Positions 50,501 to 62,500 of a stretch of DNA of 64,000 nucleotides are shown here, one piece after another. Origin of the DNA: an uncultured Planctomycetia bacterium (GTDB taxonomy: Bacteria; Omnitrophota; Gorgyraeia; Duberdicusellales; 4484-171); NCBI GenBank assembly GCA_964489445.1, contig CAZAYU010000003.1:134715-198714 (forward strand), read 5' to 3'. A model generated the notes under the pieces. That model did not search any database. It had not been told where the DNA came from and saw nothing but the letters and a program-made list of their open reading frames with translations. The translations under genes and the position numbers were made by a program. The stretch's first letter is position 1, and every line of letters starts with the position of its first letter.

Positions 50501-53500
50501 GATTCGAATAATAAAGGATCAATAATTAATATGAGCGCCCTAATTGAAGATGCTGTTGATGAAGCTATTGGTGATAAAAAAGTAGAAATTGAAAAGCATG
50601 AAGAAGCAGTAATCACAGTTAGAACTACAATTACCTCAACCACAGTTACTCCGGTGTCGGGAGAAGGATATGTTGAAAGGGCAAAAGGATTTATTTCCAG
50701 TCTTTTTTCTGGGAGCAATGAATCTCAACCACAAGCAATAAAAAAGAAATACGAAAGTATACATGATGCGGTTGATAGAGTGATGAAAGAAGGGGATACG
50801 GCAGGATTATCTAAAGAACCACTAGCTTTAGTTGCAATTGAAAAACCAAAATCAGCATCACTGGGTGCAAAAACTGAGACATATCCGGCGGAAAAAAATA
50901 CAGGTTTCTCTTTAGTCTCTACAGTAGATGCTTCTATTCCTCCTTCTGCAGTTACAGGAGAAGATAGAGTAAGCAATAATGGCCAAACAAGGCGCATAGA
51001 TCAGGATAGGTGGGAAAATAGTGGTACAGTAGAAATTAAAAAGCGCGAAGTAATAATACAATCAAATAATAAGAGTACACCGGCAACGGATTCTTCTCCG
51101 AGAGAATCCACATTTAACTTCAGTGCAGAACTTGATGAGGCCATTAAAAATATTCCGAATCGTAGTAGTAATTCTTTTGGACAATATAAAAGTACCGAAC
51201 CGGTAGTTGGAAAAAATAATGATGAGAAAGTTAATCAGGTAGTGGGAGAAAGCATTGAAAAAACTGGCATTAAGTCTGCGCCTCTGTCGCATATTGAAAT
51301 TGACCACGGAGCAGTACGAACTCTGGAAGGAGTAAGCGGCAGTTATGAATTAGGCGGCGTAAAAGAAGGAAGTCTGTCGAGTTTTGTTTTATTTGTGAAT
51401 AACGGCGAATTAGCCGGAGCCGAATGGGCATATAAAATTTTTCCCACACTTCAAGGCGTAAATTTTAATCTTCCCGGACAAGAAAAGATAGCCGCTAATT
51501 CTAATAGCAAGCCAAAGTTTTATAATTCAGGCCAATCAGTAAATATGCAAACCGCTAACGTTCAAGGTGTGAGAATATTTAACAATGTCTATGCTAATAC
51601 TGGTGCCTTAGAAGACGGAAAATATAACCTTAAAAAAGCGTTTAAATTGGTGGTTTTGCCGAAAGAAAGAGTCGAAGTTGGTTTGAGCATACAGCACTTA
51701 CCGGAAGTGTTAAAAGCATTTGCCGCAGGCCAGATTAACTCTTCGCCTAGAATAAATAACAATGTTGTTGTTACTTATCATGTTAATTCTGCCGGCAAAC
51801 AGGGAGAAGTTAATTACGGAAAAGTTTTAGGAAAGGTTAAAGATAATCAATTTACTATTTACGGAAATGTGGGGGATTTGTTATCCGGAACCGAACAGAC
51901 TTTAGATGATCTTCTTAAGCGCAGTGGAATTAATGGCTTAGATAGTTCTTCTCAGACAGCTTTAAAGGGAAAGGATATTGAATATGAAGTAATCAATCAG
52001 GCTCCGTATGAGCTGGAATCAATTACAGCCGGAGGCAGGAAAATTTCTCGCAAAACAGATAAGGAATTTTTTGAAGAAACAATTTCCCGGAAGTTAGGCG
52101 CTGGAGAAAGAGTGGGAAATGTTCTTATTGATGGATTAGTTCAAGGCATTCTCGGCGGTATGGTAGGATTATTGTTGTCTCCGCTAGCTGATTCTACTAA
52201 TCGGGTAGTCTATAGACCATCTCTTCTGGGTGATGAAGCTTGGGGAACTACAAAACGGACCTGGTCCTGGATTAATAAACAACTTGATTTTGGGTTAATG
52301 GGAATTACTGGAAAGGAAGATTTAGGTAAATTAGCGGAAATGGGATTTACGCCAAAACGGATTGAATTGGGTAAGAATTCGGTTCCGGACGAAGAACAGA
52401 AAAAATTTGTCAATAACTACCATATCAAAGGAATAGCCGCAGAAACCTTAAGCGGCGGAGTTATTGAGGTGATGTCTGAAGTAAAGACTCCCGCCGAACA
52501 AAGTAATATCTCTTCGCGAGTAGAAAAAGAAGGTGGAAAAGAGAAGGCTTCTTCTAATAGGCAAATAAAAACAACCACAGCAAACACAAACAATAAAGAA
52601 ACAACAATCACTCATTTTATTGATAACAGTTGGCATTTAGGCAGAGGCGAATATTCTTTTAATATTGAAGAAAACCAAAGCGGTGGATTTGATATTGGCA
52701 GTTTAAACTGGGAAAGTTTAGGAGAAATAAAAGTTAAGGCATTTGGCGGTCATCCATTTTCTGAGCTTTCCGGATATTCTCCGAAAACGGAAGTTTTGGC
52801 TATTCCTACGCTCGGTGGATTTAAAAATTATATTGGTGAAAAAACTTCGGTTTCTCTGAGTTTTAAAGGCAGCATTGCTTTAATCAGTGGCGTTGAAGGT
52901 TATCGACAGTTTCAGGCAATTACTACCCGAGGAGAAAACCAAGGTTGGGATGCTTTGGTTTCTTCCAATGGTCAATGTGCCTTGTTGAATAAGGGAAAGA
53001 TAGAAGCTTACGTGCCGGATATTGAACAGGTGGGAACAGTGGTAGTTGTTGGTAAAGGCAAAAGGTTCAAGATTACCGATACAAGCGGACTCTTCGGCCG
53101 TTTGGATAACACTTTAGGGGTAGTAGGTAATTCTGTCTGGGGGTTTTTAAGATTGCCTATGGATGTAGGTAGTGATTTATTATACTCTCCTTTTCGTTTG
53201 CTGGGATTAGCTAAAGGTGAAGCATTTGAATTTACTAAAAATGGTGCATTAGCCTCTTCTGAAACAGCGTCTAAACAATTTATTTCTATTTTTACTGGAA
53301 AAGGACTTGAGAAGATAAAAGCAGGTAAAGATAATTCCAGCAAGAGCAGAGAATTTAATATTGTTAAAAAAGACGGGGCCTATCTTATTGCCCGTAAAAT
53401 TTCGGAAAATGAGGCAATAACGTTTGTTGTTTCTCCCACCAAAGATTTAGAGGTGTATACTATAAATAAAAATAGAACTTTAGGTGAAAAAACCTTAGAT

Positions 53501-56500
53501 ATGACTAATCCGGAAGAAGTACAGGATTATTTTAAGAACTATATGGGGGATAAATATATCGAGGGAATGGGACAGCGTACTGAAAAAAACGCCGAAACTC
53601 CGACCATTGCTAAGGCGCAAAAGCAAGCGCGTGAGCATGTAATTTATATCACAGAAAACGGGGTCATTAAAGAGAAGACTACTCTTTTAAATTATTTAGA
53701 AAAGAATACAGGGCAACCTTTTGAGCAGTCGCTTGCGGGGATAGGAAAGCTATTGTCTACAAGGCTGACCGGAAAAAAAGTTGAGTTTTCCGATCCGGCG
53801 GTTAAGGCGTTAATTGGATACGCGATTCTTGGTAAACTGGTTATCAACCCCAGTTTAACGGCGATTCCTTGGGTAAAGATAAACCAGGGGCTGATAACGA
53901 TTAATGCTGATTGTGCCGGTTCGGCATTTCTCTTTGAACAAGGGATAGTTAAATTAATTCCGGAAGCTGTGAAGCAGACAGTGGGAAATTATTTGGATGT
54001 GGTTACAGTTCCCGGGCATGTATTTTCCGGATTTTATCTTGACCCGGCATTGAAAGGATCTAAAGGGTATGCCGATTTTAATAAAGAAGAAAAGAAGCAG
54101 ATCATTACTTTTGAATTAGCCCGCCGGGATTTGCCCTTGGTTTCTAATATGGCTTCTTTAGAGGCCAATGAAGTTTATGACGCAAAAAAAATAACTTTAG
54201 GTTTTCATCCGGCGTTTTCCAGCCGTAAAGGCGGAAAAGGCGCAGGCGAGGAAAATTTACTTTCTCCTTCGGCAGATACCAATGGTTTATTTCCCGCGAT
54301 AAGAGTTTTATATAATAATTTAGCCATTGAATCCGGGCGGCTGGGAAATCAAGCGGCAGCTCGTCAATATTTATATCTTTCCGGATTAAATGTTAATGAA
54401 AACGACAATATTGTCCTTACCGCTAACGGTTTAGCGTTGAATAGAGGCGGGGATAGTGTTTATCTTCCGGCATTAGGCGGACCGGAAGGCGGGCAGATAA
54501 GAGTCGCCTTAGGTAAAGACGGCAAACCGGAATATTATTATCAAAAGGGTATTGAAGGACTAAATGTTTTTAGCGGTGAAAGCGTGGTGTTTACCGATAA
54601 TAACGGGATGGTAAGGAAACATTCAGTAGTATCTAATCTTGCTTTTCCCGGTGAGTTCGGTAAAAAATATGGTGAATTTTATAAAATAATCAGTTTTGAC
54701 GGAAAGGAATCAAGCTATATTCAGAAGAAAGAGGGAGAGTCTCTGCAGCTTAATGATGAGATGCTTGGCACAATTATTAAAGAAATTAATAAAACGCACA
54801 CAATTGTTGTTAATCCGGAAGTCGGTTTAACAGCTGGACTGAACAATTCGGATAAGTTGTTAACATCAATAGTCGTTCCTAACGAAATTCTGAACGAAAA
54901 GGTAAAAGGAAAAGCAAGAAATCAAACCGGACGGGAAATAATGGATGATTTAAGTGTCGGCCAAAGTTCCGGAGACAGCGGAATGTCTTTCATTGGTAAA
55001 TATTGGGAAAAAACCAAAAATGGAGCGCATGAAATTTGCAATAGGATAGGCGAAACTTCTCTGTATCGTATGTATTTCGGAGAAAGTAACGAGGAAGAAG
55101 CTTCTAGACTTGTAGATTCAGGAGAAGCGATTAACACATATACCGGAAATAGATGGATTGATAACATATTTGATTATAATGGTAATAATATTTATATAAT
55201 TAAAGATGGCAAAATGGCTGTTATTGATGGGATGAACGCTTTAATGCTCGGGGCGTTATTGGAAAAAAATAATCCGCAGGAATATGGCATAGTAAATGCT
55301 GCACTTATTCGCCGTGACGGAATGACGAACTTAGAAATTGGTACAGACATCGTACTTTTAGCTTTGACTGCTATTCCGTTAGCAAGAATTGGGATTGCTG
55401 GAATTAAAGCCGGAGGCGGCGCTTTGCTGAAAGTTGGATTTTCTAAAGTAGGGTTTGGCAGTGTTGAAAAAGGATTCTTGGAGAGCAGACTAGTTGGAGT
55501 AATTGAAAATACTGTTAGCAAGAAAATTACTAACTTATTATCAGAAGTATCTAAAGGTATGACTAGTGTTTCTTTGGATGGTGGTAAACGGAAATTAGCC
55601 GAGACAGTTGCGGCTAATTTGCCTGGGGGAGTTTCACCAGCTCGAATGATTTCTCGGAATACTTTAGCCGCCATGGGCCGTTCAAGTTTAGAACATATTG
55701 TTGCTCCGGCGCTTAGCGCTAATGTTAATTTAATCGGAATCAACATGATGATGAACGTTGCTAACGGGAATGATTTTTTTCAGGGAATCACTCTCCATTC
55801 AACGATGAGGACTGCATTAGTCGGTATTGGATTTGCCGGTTTAATTCCTTCCCGCAACCCGGCTTTAGGGATTCGTTCTTTCCAAGGATACGCTAAAGAA
55901 GTGATGATGCGCCAGTTTATACGTGTTGGAAGCAAAAAATTTAGTTTCAAGGGGTATAATGGCGGAATTCAGGGGATTGGCTGGGCAGGCCAGGGTGTTT
56001 TACGAGGCGCAGAGCAGGTTTTTGGAATTTCATCCGATATCCGCGAGCAATTTTGGACACCACTACATATTGCAGCTACTCTCTGGGCGCTTTCTCCCAC
56101 AGCGGCCAAAGATAGCATGACTGCTAAAGGATTTTTAAAAGATCATATCTGGGATTCAATGAAGAGTAGGAAAGCTTATTATTTTGCCGGAGTTCCGGCC
56201 GGATATTTAGGTTTAAAGTATATTCAGAGTAAAGATTATGATTTAGGGATGATTAATTTTATTAAAAATGACTGGATGCCGGAGCTTGCTTTAATGTTTG
56301 CTGGTTTGGGGGGCCTTAAGCACATTGGAAGTTTAAAGGACGGAGCAAGATCTGCCGGTAAAAAAGCATTAGAAACTTTACGTAATCCTCAGGCGGCGGT
56401 TGCCAGAGGTGTAGCGCAGGTTAAAAATTTTCGCAATAGCTTTAGCTATAGTTTTTTTGCGCGCAAGCAGCTTTTGCAAATGGGTAGTGTAGCTCAAGTT

Positions 56501-59500
56501 TTAACAGTATTTAACGGAACCGCTAAAGCTGCCGGCTTAGTGGTTGAAGGGGTAATGAGAACATTCGGAGATTGGGGTGAGGATAATCCGTTATCCGGAA
56601 GAAACGCGAATACTGCGTTGGGCAATATTTTTGGAAGAAGAACAGGTCAGAAAGCTTGGGCGGTAATTCCGCAAAGTATGGCTGAAGGTGCGGTAATGGG
56701 TGCCGGATTCGGCGCTTTAATGGCAGTGGCCCGGCCGGTTTTAGAGCCGGTGATGCATCGGCTACCGGTAATTAGCCGGGCAATGCGGTATTGGGATAGA
56801 AATTATGGCAATACTTTAGTGGGGACTCAAGAATTTAAATGGTTTGGAAGAATGTTTAAAAACCGGTTTATGGCTCGTTTTCAATCATTTTTTGTGGAAG
56901 AACATCTAAAAGAAGAACTAGTAGCCAGCACTCTTTTGCGGAGTGTAAGATTTGGCGGAAATTCTTTAGAGGGCCACGCTTTGAATGAGTTTTTCCAAGA
57001 AACGATTACCGACTTTACCGGAAGATTTACAATTACTCATCTTAGCCGTCAACTTAGTTTTGCGATTGGAGAAAAAGGCGGAAAAGTTATTGGCATTGAG
57101 TCTGAAGCCTGGAGTAAAGACGCCCCGATGTCTAAAACTCAACTTGCAGATGCAATTAATGCCAGCTATGGTCGGGTTAAGCAGCACCAAATTCCGAATA
57201 TTTCTACCGACAAAAAATTACCGGATAATCTTAAATTGGTTATAGAATTTAAAGATGGCAGCCGGCAGAATATCGAAGTGGAAAATAGCCGGGATGTGGG
57301 GGAAGCGCTAAACACCCAACATTTTAAACAGCAATATAGAGGTGAAAGTGTAGATTTTCTTAAAAAAGAGATTGAAACCGGAATAGGAGACCGTTATTCA
57401 TCAAAAGCTCATGCTGCACGGGAAGTTTTGTTGGAGCAAATTGCTGAGAATGACGAAGACCATATTGTAAGACTAGCTAATGGCGAAAATATTACTTTCC
57501 AAACGCAAACAATAGACCCGGTTCTGTTTGATATCGGCAATGCTTTAAGTCTTGTTTTGGCGAAGAATACAAGCGCTTTGCAAAAATTAGAAGCTTTGCA
57601 GAAAAACAGTCTTTCTCCTTGGGCATTTAAGGATTTTGGTTTTTCCGGCTCTAAAGCTAGAGCTGATCAACATCTTCTTTTTAAACGCTTTACTGCACAG
57701 GCTCTTTATACCCAGAGCATTCTTGCTGAAGCTAACGCTTTACGTAATCCTACTCGTTCTAATGAGGAGCTTTATCAAGCATTATTTTCGCAACACCGGC
57801 AGGCTAAAGACGAAAAAGAATATTATGCAACTTATTATAAGACTTTAGAGAAAGAGGGTAAAGATTATTGGCGGGGTAATGCGTTTACCCGCTTAGGGTT
57901 GCTTGGTGTCGGCTTAAAAGGATATAAAGATGAGTATAATTATATTCATGTAATCCAGCCTGAAAAAATCAAACAAGCTAACGAAGCGCTTCTTTCCGAT
58001 GTTAGTTTGTATGCTAAAAAAGAAATCGAGCTTAAAAGGCAACTCCGGTCTTTAGATAATCAAAATAAATTAAATAAGGAACAACGTAAAGAAAAAATAG
58101 AAATAGAGCGGAAAATTAAAGCTTTGGAATGGATACAAATAGATTTTAATCTTGATTCAAGCCTTACCGGAGAAATGGAAGTATCCAGACAAGCGGTTAT
58201 GAAAGAAATAAAAGATGAAAAAACCCGGCTTTCTGAAACATTTCAAGTATTTACTTCTACCGGACGCGTGCGCGATTTTGTAAAACAAGGATTTAAAGAA
58301 TTTAAGCGAAACGAAGGTGGCCCGCTTAAAGTAATTAAAGCGTTCAGAGTCGCTTATAACAATTACTATAAAGCTCTTGATCCGCTTAAGGTTGTTCAAC
58401 AAGCCTATAGCCGCAGCAAAAAGCATCAATTTTTGTTTAGCGGCAGAGATAGTGAATTCTTGAATCAGGAATTAGATGGATTTTTGGGTAATGAAGCTTT
58501 AGGCTTATTGAGAAACGTGAATACTCAAGAGGATTTAAGCCTTAATGATATTTATCAACCGAAATTATTTGGCGAGTTTGATCTTTTTTACAACCGGTTA
58601 ATTAATCAGCTCACGGATAAAATCTCTGATTATGAAAAGGAAATAGCGGATAATTCTAGCGATTATCAACTTCTTGCTCGGCGAGATAAGCTTGAAGATA
58701 TAAAAACTCGTCTGGATAAAATTGATACTAAACATATTGCTTCGGTTTATGATTTTGCCGCTGTTTTGGATGATGCGCTTATGCCGGTTACCGATAAGGA
58801 TATTCGTACTCATGCTAAGGCGCTTAGAATGGTTGCTCAGGAAAGGGACAACAGAATTAACGATAGAGAGTGGTTAGATAGCCGTCTTAAAGAAGAAATA
58901 CAGACGGTTAATGAGCTAAGAAAGGGTATCGAGAAATTAACGGCGAAAGAGATTAAAGCCCAAAATAAGTTAAGCTCTGGTTCAGAATTTAGAGAACTAG
59001 TCATTGAAATGGAAAGCAAAGGAAAGAATGCAGATGAGAAAGAAGCAATGGAGATAAATATAAATTCAATGAGCAGTGAGAAGTTTTTTGAATTAGCTAA
59101 AAAAATGTATCTCGAAAACGATGCTTCTGAAATAGCCAAAGCTAATGCAAAATTATGGGAGAAGAGAGCAAGCAATCTAGTGATATCAATTCGGGAAACT
59201 CATGATGGGTCAGCTAAAATTATCAGAGAGTCAAGCGGCCAGTATACCTTAATAATGCCGCATAGCCGGGTTGAAGAAAATTTAAGATCAAATGGATCAT
59301 CTTCGTTTAGCCTGAACGATACCGGAATATATGAGTTAGAACATGAATTAGGCCATCGCTATCAATATGGATTAGGAGTAACGATGCAGGAAAGCGGTAC
59401 GATGAATAAAACACCGCAAGATGAAGTTTTGGCTTTAACGCGTGATGTGGCTAATTTAAGTAAGAATATCAAAAATAATAGCAATTACCGCAAAACTACT

Positions 59501-62500
59501 TTTGTAAATATGATCGGCGCAATAACCGGGACTAATTATCTTGGTGATCGCCTAATGGAGTTTATTCCTTTAGAAGAACAGGAAAAAATTGCCCAGCGAA
59601 TAGAAAAAGATATCTTAAATATTAAAAAGATTAGATTATCTAATCTTTCTACCTGGAGGGTGCCTTACGTTAAGCTTCCTTGGTTTAAGCAAAGCGCTTT
59701 AGAATGGGGAACTAAATCCGGAATAAGCGGCAGAATAGAGCGCGTTTTGCGCAGCAATGACGGTAAATTACCTTCATTTGCGATGCAGTCATCAGACCCT
59801 CATTCTTTATTTTTACCGGTTCAAAGTAATGAGCAACAGGATTATATTTTAGAGGATGACCGCCGGTTTAAAGAAAAAATGATTGAAGAAATTGTATTTA
59901 TTCGTCCCAAAGAAGATATTAAGAAGATTCTAAAAATGGCTAAAGATAACGGCATTAGGATAAAAACAAAATATTCGCTTAATAAGTATATCCGTAAAGC
60001 TGCTTCATTGGGAATTCTGGGTGGTGAGGCGATTGGTGCTTTTAATAATGAGCGGCTGGAAAATGGAAAAGGAATTGTTTATTTGCCCTGGGGATGGAAA
60101 GATAATCCTTTTGAAAGCCGGGCAATATTGGCCCATGAAGTTGCCGAGCATGCTTTGGGCGATAAGAATTCAGAAAATGTTATGCACGATTTTGTTAATT
60201 TGATTGATGCGGTTGAACAATTAGAAAGGGTAGACAATAAATTAAAAGACACGCTTGAAAAGGCAAGAAATTATCATCGTACAGGTTATGATAATTTAGG
60301 CAAAAATCTTGCTAAGCAGGCTGAGGAAAATGAATTGGCAGATGAACAAGGAAAAATTAGCGGTGAAAATCTGAAAAAATTACGAACATTAATCGATGGA
60401 GTTATTCTCCGTTTAGAAAATGAGAATGTCGATTATTTTCAAAATCCAGAAGCGGCTATTCAAAAGCTGAAAGAACTAAAGGAAAAAGAAAGTGTTAGTT
60501 TGAATGAATTAAAAATCTTACAAATAACAGCATCTGATTATTATGTGGCTACGGAAATTTTTGCACATTACGCTAGTGAACAATATGGATATCAGAGTAA
60601 TAAACGGGTGCGTGCATTTATTGATCGGGTGCAAGGGCATCCCGAAATTCAATCAATGCTGGATGACCGGTTGAGTCGGTTAGATATTTCACCTTCCCGC
60701 AGAATGCACAGCAAGCAAAAAGAAATAGCCCTGATAATTGGATCCGACACCAGTTTAGCCAAGAAAAAAGGTTATGCTTCTTCTTATGCTGGAGACTCAG
60801 GCGGTGAAGCAGATGAAGAAGAGATAGGGCAGCAAGAACTTATTGATGAACTTAGAAGAATGATAGAGGAATCCAAAGTAATACCTGAAGGAAACGAAGC
60901 ATCTGCATCATCAGGTATTAGCAATTCGGAAGCAGAGAATTTACAAGCTTATAAGAAGACTTCTAATTCAGGTAATTTTAATAAAGTACTTCCAGCACAG
61001 AAACAGGATGAACGTTCCTCCAGTTCAATTGATTCCAATAAAGTCGCTATAGAAAAAATGATTAAGAAACAGAATAGCATGCACGACCAGAAGCAAGAGA
61101 TAGATAACTTTCTTTTTGGTTCGCAAGCTGGCTTCAGCGCTAAGGAAGTGAAAACTAATGAAGATAATGCAAATTCGCGTTTATTATCTAAAGGAGCAGA
61201 TTCTCTCTTTGGTTCATTGTCTATCGGTAGTAATGGTACAGAAGCTGGTGATAAAGGGCCAAGCAAGAAAGAGAATGTTTTAAAGGAGGTATTAAGTAAC
61301 TTAGATATTGCTGATGAGTCCAGTGCTGCACCTAACGTTTTAAATAATGGTTCGGATATGAAATTATTAAGAGCCAATGATGTCGTTCGGTTATCGGGAA
61401 AAGGATTTGAATATTTAGTTGAGACAGATAAAACAACTGGGTTTAAACTCCGGTTTAATAGAGGCGAACGTCCGGAAATAGAGAATATTTCTTTTGATGC
61501 TGCAGTCCAGCTTCCATTGAAGATAAAGCAAGGAGAAATGGCTGTATTTAAACTTACTCCGGAAGAAGCCAAATTATTTATGAATGGTAATTTTTATACC
61601 AACGAACTAAGTACTTGCACAGGAGTATCATTAAAAGGAAAATACAACGATTACTCTGTATTAGGAATAGCGCATATTCCTCAAGGGCAAATATCAGATG
61701 ACCCGCTATTACCACAAAAAGTATTCGAGTCAGTTATCGATAAATCCATTGATATCGGATTAACCGATATCAATATAGGAGTCTATTATTTTAGCGGTGG
61801 TGAATCAAAAACGCCGTTTCCTTCTCAGGAAGGATTAAAACAGAAATACTCCGAAGTTAAGGAGATAGAGGTATTTGACGGATATGTTCCGGGTAAAGGC
61901 GGATTAAAGCCAGTTGGAATGTCTTTTTCTGATTCAAACAACAAAGAATTTAAAGCTAGCAATGGAGGAGCAGGTGGCAACAACGGTTCTTCTTCGATAT
62001 CATCTGGCAGAAAAGGTTCGACCGTAGCTTCTAGTTCAATTCCGATTGAAGAAGATTCGGCTCAGAGGCTGCCGTTTGACAACAGCCCGTTTAATTCTAA
62101 TGCAAATGGTCAGATGCCTTGGATACCGGCGTCTAGTTCACCGGTTAATCCAATTGGGGTTAATCCGATGTCATCGGGTTCGTCTTTAATCTTTGGAAAA
62201 GTAATTAAAGGAGTAAGAAATGCCGCAGAAGAGTTTTTCTGTTCTTCTGCCTTGGCAGCTTCACCAATTGAGCAGGCAGCACTAAAGGGCGCTTCATCGA
62301 GTGCTTATAAAGCATCAACCGGTGCTTCCGGTAAAAATGCCGGGCCTAGCAATATGGTCAGCTCTGCCATGTCTTCAGGCAGAATTGACCAGTCGAAAGA
62401 AGACAAAATAGATAAACTGTTTAATAAAATTGCAAGATTTACTGGAAATTTAAGAAATTTTGCAGAAAGTTTCCCCGAGTTCTTTAAGAAATTGAGTGAA

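Noticed and set aside
60127-60150. Second metallopeptidase motif 'HEVAEH' in the giant protein
   Set aside because: The spacing is HExxEH rather than canonical HExxH. It is not reported as a catalytic motif without structural support.
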